Source: a virus. From it: DNA of 31,423 nucleotides. The DNA lies in the IMG/VR virus record IMGVR_UViG_3300019458_000019, positions 1 through 31,423 of that record, one strand, 5' to 3'. The notes beneath the pieces are model-generated. The model saw nothing but the letters and a program-made list of their open reading frames with translations. It did no database searches and was not told the origin of the DNA. A program made the position numbers and the translations under genes. Below, in pieces: positions 9,221-15,033 of this stretch; the stretch's first letter is position 1, and each line of letters opens with the position of its first letter.

Positions 9221-9322
9221 TGTAGCACCTTTGAGGGAAGGTGCGGTGGCGCAAAGCCGAAAGGCAATACCACAAGCACCCTTCGGGCAGGTTTGGTCGG
9301 CTTGTACCGCAGGGGTGCTACA
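9221..9322 (+). ncRNA. Candidate structured RNA element (multi-stem, unclassified) in the lysis cassette
   Basis: A 9-bp closing stem pairs tgtagcacc (9221-9229) with ggtgctaca (9314-9322). Inner stems are aaggtgc/gcacc(c)tt, gtgg/ccac enclosing gcc-GAAA-ggc, and gc(a)ggt/accgc. ORFs across this stretch look non-protein-like. Confidence 0.3.
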
Positions 9323-9338
9323 AGGGGGGATCACCACA

Positions 9339-9512
9339 ATGCCGCGGTTCAAGGTCATCTGCTATCCGTGCGGGCGCGAGTATTGGATTGATCGCTTCAC
9401 TTCAGTGCGGGATCGCAGATGCGAACGCTGCCAAGCCCTCAATGTTTCAACACCTGATGAGTATGAACAAGCCACAAAACATCATCGTTCATCACACGCT
9501 GACAGCGCGTGA
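9339..9512 (+). CDS. Small zinc-ribbon protein (CxxC...CxxC)
   Basis: The ATG at 9339 is preceded by AAGGGGGGA 8 nt upstream. The product reads MPRFKVICYPCGREYWIDRFTSVRDRRCERCQALN.... Its 3' end overlaps the amidase start in another frame. Confidence 0.45.
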   Translation: MPRFKVICYPCGREYWIDRFTSVRDRRCERCQALNVSTPDEYEQATKHHRSSHADSA

Positions 9513-10023
9513 CACAACCACTTTTGAAAGCGTGAACGCCTACCACAAAAAGACGTTCAACTTCATTTCATCGCTCGGTTTCTATATTGGCTATCACTAC
9601 TTCATCACCGCTGATGGCAAGGTGACGAGGGGACGCGCAGACACAGACATCGGGGCGCACACCAAAGAGCAATCAATGAACTACAAGAGCATTGGCATCT
9701 GCTTGGCTGGGAACTTTGACGGTGAGTACCCGTCAGATGCGCAGATTGTGAACTTGAAATCACTACTCCATGACCTTGCGGCGCGGTATAATATAGGTGC
9801 AGACAGGATTGTGCCGCACCGTAAATATGCGCCAAAATCTTGCTATGGTTCACGGCTTTCTGACGATTGGGCGAGGCGACTTGTGACTGACACGAACTGG
9901 CAGTCATTGCTCAACAACCCGCCGTCAGCGCAGCCGCAAGCCATGCCAGACAAGGTTCAAACGGCAAAAGCACAGTTGCTGGAAGCGCAAACCCTCATTT
10001 CTAACGTCATCAACAATCTATGA
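9463..10023 (+). CDS. N-acetylmuramoyl-L-alanine amidase (Amidase_2 / PGRP, T7-lysozyme-like) endolysin
   Basis: IIVHHT ... GAHT ... VPHRKYAPKSC, with T7-lysozyme-like His/His/Cys zinc-ligand spacing (H-x8-C). The start is uncertain: 9442, 9457 and 9463 are all in-frame ATGs. The track start at 9241 gives an implausible Arg-rich N-terminus. Confidence 0.85.
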   Translation: MNKPQNIIVHHTLTARDTTTFESVNAYHKKTFNFISSLGFYIGYHYFITADGKVTRGRADTDIGAHTKEQSMNYKSIGICLAGNFDGEYPSDAQIVNLKSLLHDLAARYNIGADRIVPHRKYAPKSCYGSRLSDDWARRLVTDTNWQSLLNNPPSAQPQAMPDKVQTAKAQLLEAQTLISNVINNL

Positions 10024-10232
10024 GCAAAAGCATTTTCACAAGCAAGTTGGCATGGCTAGGAGTTGTGACCTTCTTGCTTGGCGGCTTGGAAGCCGTCAAA
10101 GATGTTGTGCCGCCCGATGTGCTGCCGATCATCGTGTCAGCAATCGGTGTCCTCACCATCCTTTTGCGCCTTGTGACAAACACAGGCGTGAACTTGACAT
10201 TGCCGCTTCGCCGTGGTAATGAAACAGAGTAA
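10020..10232 (+). CDS. Holin candidate, two transmembrane helices (pinholin-like size)
   Basis: 70 aa with TM1 LAWLGVVTFLLGGLEAV, TM2 VLPIIVSAIGVLTILLRLV and a charged C-terminus (RRGNETE). It has an ATGA overlap with the amidase stop and lies directly upstream of the transglycosylase. Confidence 0.55.
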   Translation: MSKSIFTSKLAWLGVVTFLLGGLEAVKDVVPPDVLPIIVSAIGVLTILLRLVTNTGVNLTLPLRRGNETE

Positions 10233-10748
10233 ATGTTGAAAAATCGTCAACTTGCGGCTTGCGCAGCCCTTGTCATTTTCTTTGCTGGTGCAGCGATCTT
10301 TCAGATCATGCGCAGCATTGAAGAACTTGAGGCAATGGCAAACCGTCCGCCACTTGTCCTGACCAAAACAGAACGAGTGGAAGTCATCAAAGAAGTGCCT
10401 GTCGCCTGCAACACGGGCTTTCAAGCATACTACGAGCAACGCACGCGATACTACGCCACAAAGTACGGGGTTGAGCCGAACTTCATGGTGTCCGTTGTGC
10501 GATGCGAGAGTGGCTTCAGACCGTGGGCTGTCGGGAAGGCGGGCGAAATAGGGCTGCCGCAGTTCATGCGCGGCACGTTCTATGGCTTCGCAAAACAATA
10601 CGGATTGGAAGGATATGACATACAAAATCCTGAACACGCACTGGACTTGATGGCGCGGATGTTTGCCGATGGCTACTCATACCATTGGACGTGTGCAAAA
10701 ACGCAGCGACCCTATGAGTGGGTTGAAGCACTGCAACCGCTGCAATAG
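10233..10748 (+). CDS. Lytic transglycosylase (SLT domain) with N-terminal signal-anchor (SAR-like) helix
   Basis: SLT motif VVRCESGF...AVGKAGEIGLPQFM, with the catalytic Glu codon at 10505-10507. The N-terminal helix LAACAALVIFFAGAAIFQIM is rich in Ala and Gly. Confidence 0.8.
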   Translation: MLKNRQLAACAALVIFFAGAAIFQIMRSIEELEAMANRPPLVLTKTERVEVIKEVPVACNTGFQAYYEQRTRYYATKYGVEPNFMVSVVRCESGFRPWAVGKAGEIGLPQFMRGTFYGFAKQYGLEGYDIQNPEHALDLMARMFADGYSYHWTCAKTQRPYEWVEALQPLQ

Positions 10749-10767
10749 CGACATCAGTGCAGGAAGG

Positions 10768-10794
10768 GGCGCGGGAAACCGCGCCTTTTTCTTT
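10768..10794 (+). terminator. Rho-independent terminator ending the tail-lysis transcription unit
   Basis: ggcgcgg-gaaa-ccgcgcc (7-bp GC stem, GAAA loop) followed by tttttcttt, 20 nt after the stop at 10748. Confidence 0.8.
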
Positions 10795-10951
10795 GCACTC
10801 ATTTTGTCAGATTGACCTTATGTATCAACGCCCGCAGATGCGTTCGTGCATTGAACCACAATGCTTTTTGGTTCATTTTTGATGACTTTTTGCCATTTTT
10901 TGTGACAAAAAGCGTTGTCGTTCAAGGGCTGGATGCCCCGTTTCGTCAATG

Positions 10952-10985
10952 CCTGCTTGACAGCAGGGCAAATGTATGATATACT
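10952..10985 (+). promoter_or_regulatory. Near-consensus sigma70-type early promoter, with an inverted repeat flanking the -35
   Basis: TTGACA (10957-10962), a 17-nt spacer, then TGaTATACT (extended -10; hexamer 10980-10985). The -35 is bracketed by CCTGC (10952-10956) and GCAGG (10963-10967). Confidence 0.7.
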
Positions 10986-10993
10986 GTATGTGT

Positions 10994-11015
10994 GGATGAG
11001 TTGGTCGGCTCATCC
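10994..11015 (+). promoter_or_regulatory. 5'-UTR stem-loop at the predicted start of the early transcript
   Basis: ggatgag-ttggtcgg-ctcatcc (7-bp stem) starts a few nt downstream of the predicted transcription start. Confidence 0.4.
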
Positions 11016-11041
11016 AAAGAGAAAGTTTTTTGGGAAACACT

Positions 11042-11221
11042 ATGGCTCACTTCAATGTGACCTTCAAGGTGGATATGCCCTATCCGAAAGAGTTTGAGTA
11101 CCGCGCAGTGAAGGCGGGCAACCTCGGCACAGCAATCGCCCGTGCATGGCGGCTGATGCGCAAGGACTTGCCGCGCAAGCAGATCAGAGGCGCGGTTCGG
11201 GTTGTGGCAATCCGCATATAA
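11042..11221 (+). CDS. Hypothetical early protein (59 aa), first gene of the early operon
   Basis: The ATG at 11042 is preceded by TTTTGGGAAACACT. The same leader precedes the gene at 12077. Confidence 0.55.
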   Translation: MAHFNVTFKVDMPYPKEFEYRAVKAGNLGTAIARAWRLMRKDLPRKQIRGAVRVVAIRI

Positions 11222-11225
11222 CAAC

Positions 11226-11777
11226 ATGAAAATCAAAAACAAAACCGCGTATGACACGCGGCGGTTGAGGGCTGTGCTGATTGCCTGCGCACGCGAAGTT
11301 TGGAAGCGAGAAGGTTCGCACTATATCAAGCCAAAGAACCTTCATGTGGATGTTCACTATCATCGCGGCGCGTCATGGGTTGGCGGCTATGCGTGGTACA
11401 ACTCAAGCAGCATTGTTTTGAAGTTGCCGCGCCCGACCCGACTTTACCGATACAAAGAACCTTTGGCTTTTGAACGCAATGTTGCCGATGTGTTCATCCA
11501 CGAACTCGGTCATTGCCTCGGCATCAAAGGGCACAGAAACGGCAGGCACGACACGCATGAGCATCTATATCAGGACTGGATTGCTGCGGCGGTGTTTGAG
11601 CCGATTGGCTTGGCAGAAGTCAGGCAGAAGCCGAAGCCCGACCTGCGGACGCAGCGATACGAACACGCCAAGCGCACGGCTGAAAAGCATCAGCGCAACC
11701 TCAACCGTACAAAAACACTGCTCAAGAAGTGGCAGCGCAGGGTTCGCTACTATGAGCGCACCATGCAGGGCACTTGA
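11226..11777 (+). CDS. Putative zinc metallopeptidase (HExxH; SprT/WLM-like minimal zincin) with a basic helical C-terminus
   Basis: HELGH at 11499-11513 within VADVFIHELGHCLGIKGH. The preceding GGYAWYNSSSIVLKLP segment resembles the SprT-type layout. The C-terminus is Arg/Lys-rich. Confidence 0.6.
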   Translation: MKIKNKTAYDTRRLRAVLIACAREVWKREGSHYIKPKNLHVDVHYHRGASWVGGYAWYNSSSIVLKLPRPTRLYRYKEPLAFERNVADVFIHELGHCLGIKGHRNGRHDTHEHLYQDWIAAAVFEPIGLAEVRQKPKPDLRTQRYEHAKRTAEKHQRNLNRTKTLLKKWQRRVRYYERTMQGT

Positions 11778-11803
11778 CAGTCACTTGACAGCCATGATAT
11801 GCT
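11771..11803 (+). promoter_or_regulatory. Promoter with tandem direct repeats (operator candidate), positioned to give a leaderless mRNA
   Basis: CACTTGACAG occurs twice (11771-11780 and 11782-11791, an 11-bp period). TTGACA (11774-11779) is followed by an 18-nt spacer and TGaTATGCT (hexamer 11798-11803). The ATG at 11810 is 7 nt from the end of the hexamer, and no SD is present. Confidence 0.55.
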
Positions 11804-11809
11804 GGCAAA

Positions 11810-12025
11810 ATGAGGCAACCACTTCAAGGTCGGGCGCAAGAAGTTTGGGCATATCTTCTTGGCTATTTTGAGGACAACAACTTCATGCCTACCCTTCAGG
11901 AAATCGGTGACAGGTTTGGCAAGAGCCGCCAGTGGGCGGATCAGGTCGTTGCTGAACTTGAACGTCAGGGACATATAAAAACAGACCCGCGCAAACTGCG
12001 CGGCATAACTATTGCCCCGAAATGA
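11810..12025 (+). CDS. LexA N-terminal DNA-binding-domain-like winged-helix regulator; lacks the S24 peptidase domain
   Basis: The 71-aa product aligns by eye to the E. coli LexA N-terminal domain: RAQEVW vs RQQEVF, FMPTLQEIGDRFG vs MPPTRAEIAQRLG, ELERQGHI vs ALARKGVI, LRGITI vs SRGIRL. It ends before a cleavage or peptidase region would begin. Confidence 0.8.
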   Translation: MRQPLQGRAQEVWAYLLGYFEDNNFMPTLQEIGDRFGKSRQWADQVVAELERQGHIKTDPRKLRGITIAPK

Positions 12026-12076
12026 ACGAAAAAATCCGCGCATAAGCACGGACTTTTCGGTGTTTTGGGAAACATT

Positions 12077-12895
12077 ATGTCAGAAAGTCAAAAAAGACCT
12101 TCCGCTGCCATCGTACCGAAGCCAGCGGAAGCCGTCAACCCCGAAGCCGAACACAGCAGAGCAATGCTGTCACGGCTTGAGGGCGACCCCGAAAAAGTGC
12201 TTGCGTTTGCGCAGCAAGCATCAAGGGCACTGGTCACAGTGATCAGCCAAAAACCGCGCAAGGTCGTGATCAACGGCGAACAATATCTTGAGTTTGAGGA
12301 TTGGCAGACAGTTGCACGTTTCTACGGCGTGACTGTCGGCACAGAGTGGACGCGACCACTCAAAGATGCCGAGGGCAAAACCATCGGCTACGAAGCCAAA
12401 GCAAACGCGCTGCGGCAAGGCGAGTTGATCAGTTCGGCTGAAGCGGCTTGCTTCCGCGATGAACCGAACTGGCAAAACAAGGCAGAGTTCCAACTGCGGT
12501 CAATGGCGCAGACCCGTGCGTGCGCCAAAGCCCTGCGCAACGTGCTTGCGTGGGTTGTTGTGCTTGCTGGCTATAAAGCAACGCCAGCAGAGGAAATGGA
12601 AGGCATCGCGCCGAACCAACAGCAGGGCAATCAAGTTGATACGCGACCCGCAACGCCGAAACAGATGCAGTTCATCAAGAACCTTTGCAAGCAAAAGAAC
12701 GTGACCAGTATTGAAAATGAAGTGGGTGTGAAGGTCGGCAACCCGCTTCAACCGACAGTGACTGAAGCAAAAAGGATCATTGATGCGCTGCTCAACTATC
12801 AACCGCCTGCCGATGGTCAGGTTGTTGAGGAAGATGAGCCGCCACAAGATGACTATGACCAAAATGACTACGGCGCAGATCAACAGGATCGCTGA
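12077..12895 (+). CDS. Putative recombination / ssDNA-annealing protein (Erf/Rad52-superfamily-like, tentative) with a C-terminal helical module and acidic tail
   Basis: 272 aa. The segments INGEQYLEFEDWQTVARFYGV and SMAQTRACAKALRNVL resemble SSAP cores. The C-terminus carries ATPKQMQFIKNL...TVTEAKRIIDALL and an acidic tail (DDYDQNDYGADQQDR). That this is coding is secure; the function is not. Confidence 0.45.
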   Translation: MSESQKRPSAAIVPKPAEAVNPEAEHSRAMLSRLEGDPEKVLAFAQQASRALVTVISQKPRKVVINGEQYLEFEDWQTVARFYGVTVGTEWTRPLKDAEGKTIGYEAKANALRQGELISSAEAACFRDEPNWQNKAEFQLRSMAQTRACAKALRNVLAWVVVLAGYKATPAEEMEGIAPNQQQGNQVDTRPATPKQMQFIKNLCKQKNVTSIENEVGVKVGNPLQPTVTEAKRIIDALLNYQPPADGQVVEEDEPPQDDYDQNDYGADQQDR

Positions 12896-13325
12896 TACCG
12901 TCCTGCAACTCAAAAAGAAATCCGATGCTCTTGCTGACAAAAAGGGCAAGATTGATGTGCAACTTGAGGATGCCCGTGCGCAGATGCTGAACGCACTCAA
13001 AGAAACCGAGTTGCAGGGCATCAAACGAGGCGATCACCGCATACAGATCAACAAACGCTGGCAGGTTCGGATATGGAACGATGAGAAAGTTGTTGCCGAG
13101 ATCAGACGGCTGAAACTCAAACACGCGCTTGAGGAAAGGATCACACCCTATTTCCGCAGCAGCATTGCACCCGATCTTGCAAAAAAGGGCGTGACACTGG
13201 ACGGCATGGAAGTCACACAGACCGAAATGCTGGTTGTTTCAAAGGGCGAGCCGTATGTGCCGAAAGATGGGCGATACCCGCGAAGTTTCAGCAAGGCGAG
13301 CGTCAAGAGGATGTTGTCAGAGTGA
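12864..13325 (+). CDS. Coiled-coil protein, Gam/Gp157-like host-nuclease-inhibitor candidate
   Basis: About 153 aa with an N-terminal coiled coil (LQLKKKSDALADKKGKIDVQLEDARAQ), adjacent to the putative SSAP. The start is ambiguous: ATGs at 12834, 12849, 12855 and 12864 all overlap the upstream gene. Confidence 0.4.
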   Translation: MTTAQINRIADTVLQLKKKSDALADKKGKIDVQLEDARAQMLNALKETELQGIKRGDHRIQINKRWQVRIWNDEKVVAEIRRLKLKHALEERITPYFRSSIAPDLAKKGVTLDGMEVTQTEMLVVSKGEPYVPKDGRYPRSFSKASVKRMLSE

Positions 13326-13326
13326 T

Positions 13327-13545
13327 ATGGAAAAGTGCCATCAGTGCAACAGAAAGTTCCCGTCACACTTGATTGCGCCGATGATGATTGATAGCAGCAC
13401 GTTCATGGCGTGCCCTATATGCGCACTGGCAATCAGGAACGAAATGCACGGGCTTCCGCCCGACACGCCGTTTCAGGGCGAGATTGCTGGTGCAATGTAC
13501 CATGAGGCAGTTGAGTTTTTGAAACCAAAGGTCGGCAAAAAATAA
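13327..13545 (+). CDS. Small zinc-ribbon protein (72 aa)
   Basis: MEKCHQCNRKF...MACPICALAIR has two CxxC pairs. The ATG lies 1 nt after the upstream stop. Confidence 0.6.
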   Translation: MEKCHQCNRKFPSHLIAPMMIDSSTFMACPICALAIRNEMHGLPPDTPFQGEIAGAMYHEAVEFLKPKVGKK

Positions 13546-13558
13546 CTTCATCAAAAAT

Positions 13559-13939
13559 ATGAAAATCACAATGATCAATGGCAATGTTGCAGCCATCGCA
13601 GAAACAGTCAGCGATGTGGAAACAATCATTGCAATCAAGAACAGCAACGGGATGCGGCAGATTGAAGTTTTCAATCGCCGCAAGAACCGAAAATGTCAGA
13701 AATGTGCGCAATGGTTCATCGGCAACATCGGGCTTGCCCGCCATCTTGCAGTCACGCATGAGATCAAAGGCGGACTGGCAACCTTCAAGAACGGCGGCGT
13801 GCCAAAGAAAGCCAAAAGAAACTGGCAGAAAAAAGAGTGCGCACAATGCGGGAAAATACTTGTGAGTGCTGGCGCATTGAACTTTCACCGATACACGGCG
13901 CACGGAAAAAAGCGAGAACTGGTAGGGGCGGCATCATAG
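13559..13939 (+). CDS. Protein with two classical C2H2 (TFIIIA-type) zinc fingers
   Basis: Finger 1 is C46-x2-C49-x3-F-x5-L-x2-H62-x4-H67 (13694-13759). Finger 2 is C94-x2-C97-x3-L-x5-L-x2-H110-x4-H115 (13838-13903). Confidence 0.75.
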   Translation: MKITMINGNVAAIAETVSDVETIIAIKNSNGMRQIEVFNRRKNRKCQKCAQWFIGNIGLARHLAVTHEIKGGLATFKNGGVPKKAKRNWQKKECAQCGKILVSAGALNFHRYTAHGKKRELVGAAS

Positions 13940-13954
13940 CCGCCTTTGCCTTTT
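13927..13954 (+). terminator. Candidate rho-independent terminator overlapping the stop codon
   Basis: ggcggc-atcata-gccgcc followed by tttgcctttt. Confidence 0.45.
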
Positions 13955-13990
13955 CCACACGTTATGCACTTTTGTGGATTGCTTTGCACC

Positions 13991-14019
13991 TTGACCGATA
14001 TTTTGGGGCGGCGTATCCT
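13991..14019 (+). promoter_or_regulatory. Candidate promoter TTGACC-17-TATCCT in the non-coding hub
   Basis: TTGACC at 13991-13996, a 17-nt spacer, TATCCT at 14014-14019. The -10 is weak. Confidence 0.3.
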
Positions 14020-14025
14020 GCGAAC

Positions 14026-14092
14026 AATGGGAAACATCCTGAAAAACTCGCAGTGAACACCAGACCGCATCGCGTGGCTGGCTTTTTGTTTT
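14026..14092 (+). ncRNA. Candidate ~65-nt small RNA bounded by a promoter-like and a terminator-like element
   Basis: Predicted start about 14026. The hairpin ccag(a)ccgc / gcgtggctgg at 14060-14081 is followed by a T-tract (14083-14092). No ORF is present. It contains TGGGAAACA, the motif found in two early-gene leaders. Confidence 0.25.
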
Positions 14093-14156
14093 CCTGAAAA
14101 ACTCAAACACGATGACAACAGACGGGCAACGTCTTGCGACTGACGACCCGAAAAAC
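14037..14156 (+). repeat. Phased direct repeats CCYGAAAAAC (three copies at 54-55 nt spacing), iteron- or bend-like
   Basis: TCCTGAAAAACTC occurs at 14037-14049 and 14092-14104 (13/13 identical). The related CCCGAAAAACC is at 14147-14157. Confidence 0.5.
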
Positions 14157-14167
14157 CTGCACGGTTG

Positions 14168-14258
14168 ACCTGTGAAGTGCTGTGCGGGAAGGGCATGATA
14201 CAAAGGCGGCAGCCACACTGTGCATTTCACCATGCCTGCATAGTGCTGCTTCACAGGT
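14168..14258 (+). other. Long imperfect hairpin / structured DNA or RNA element
   Basis: acctgtgaag (14168-14177) pairs with cttcacaggt (14249-14258). An inner stem pairs ggcatg (14192-14197) with catgcc (14231-14236). Confidence 0.35.
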
Positions 14259-14375
14259 TCGCTACCGATTTTTCGTTGTCAGGATGTTTGAGAAAATAGT
14301 GTTTCATTTCTTTGGCTCAAAAAAGCCAAAAGGTCGCCCGTTCAACTCGCTTCGCTCGTTGATTGCTTCGCAATC

Positions 14376-14696
14376 ATGTTTTCAAAATCTTATACTAAAA
14401 CGAACCGAAACTTTGAAATAAGAAATACAATCTTGGCAAACGTCAAGAGTTGTCGGGCGTGCAGAAATGAAAGAAATCTTGTTGTTCACCATCTTCGGTA
14501 TCCGAAGTTTGGTGATGAGGAACGCGATGATGTGACGCTTCTTTGTTCTGATTGTCACAATATGCTTCATTATTTCGTGAAAGGAAGTGATCCCGACTTG
14601 GCAAGATTGACAAAACTATTTTTGGCTGGAAATCTGCGAAAGGCGTTGATCAAAAAACAAAAAATGAAAAGAAACCATGAACGATCCAAAATGTAA
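14376..14696 (+). CDS. HNH endonuclease
   Basis: CRACRNERNLVVHHL...LLCSDCHNMLH (CxxC...HH...CxxCH..H). The gene and its upstream flank look AT-richer than the neighbours. The hairpin gattgc-ttc-gcaatc abuts the ATG. Confidence 0.85.
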   Translation: MFSKSYTKTNRNFEIRNTILANVKSCRACRNERNLVVHHLRYPKFGDEERDDVTLLCSDCHNMLHYFVKGSDPDLARLTKLFLAGNLRKALIKKQKMKRNHERSKM

Positions 14697-15033
14697 AGGT
14701 CAAAAGTTCGGACATGATTTTGCGATTGCGGGCGGCGAGTGCCAAAACGGGTGTGGCATCACGCAGGTTGAGTTGAGCAATCCGAAGCCAAAGCCGATTG
14801 CAATGCCTCGCCCTGAACCGAAACCGATGCCAAAAGGCGTACACACGGAACTTCACGACATTGCGTTCAAACTTTGGGAGTATTATGAGAGAAAGGAAAA
14901 GTTTGGTTTGTTTCTTGGGTTGATCCGAAGCCGCGGCAAGCAATGGGGATATGCGCGGCTTTCCGAGATTGCCGACTTCAAGCGGCGCGGTCAAAAGTAC
15001 CCGATCCAGTTTTTGATGAGCAAAAAAACATGA
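14677..15033 (+). CDS. Hypothetical protein (118 aa), Cys-containing N-terminus and Pro/Lys-rich linker
   Basis: The ORF overlaps the HNH gene by 20 nt and has an ATGA overlap with the next ORF. Confidence 0.55.
   Translation: MNDPKCKGQKFGHDFAIAGGECQNGCGITQVELSNPKPKPIAMPRPEPKPMPKGVHTELHDIAFKLWEYYERKEKFGLFLGLIRSRGKQWGYARLSEIADFKRRGQKYPIQFLMSKKT

Noticed and set aside
9221-9322. tRNA or c-di-GMP-I riboswitch at 9221-9322 (and tRNA at 15256-15348)
   Set aside because: Both elements are 93-102 nt long and lack a GTTCRANNC T-loop or D-loop signature, so they are not tRNAs. The only riboswitch resemblance is a short GCGCAAAGCC string, and the helix order does not match what I recall of GEMM-I. 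I left the element unclassified.
9241-9441. Track start at 9241 for the amidase (260 aa)
   Set aside because: The extra 67-74 N-terminal residues are Arg/Gly/Ser-rich, cover the structured intergenic element and compete with a well-initiated zinc-ribbon ORF. The amidase domain itself begins near 9463.
10897-10911. Palindrome tttttgt-g-acaaaaa as a CRP-like site or terminator
   Set aside because: It contains TGTGA but no TCACA partner at N6 spacing, and a 1-nt loop cannot form an RNA hairpin. It may still be a DNA-level operator, but I have no supporting evidence.
11810-12025. Bona fide LexA or CI-type self-cleaving repressor
   Set aside because: The ORF stops at residue 71. No Ala-Gly cleavage site and no Ser/Lys S24 peptidase domain follows in any frame, so only the DNA-binding domain is present.
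13885-14421. ORFs in the non-coding hub (minus 13885-14196, minus 13934-14254, plus 14182-14421)
   Set aside because: The translations are rich in Cys, Trp and Arg, have no motifs and no RBS, and cut across hairpins and repeats. The region is better explained as non-coding.
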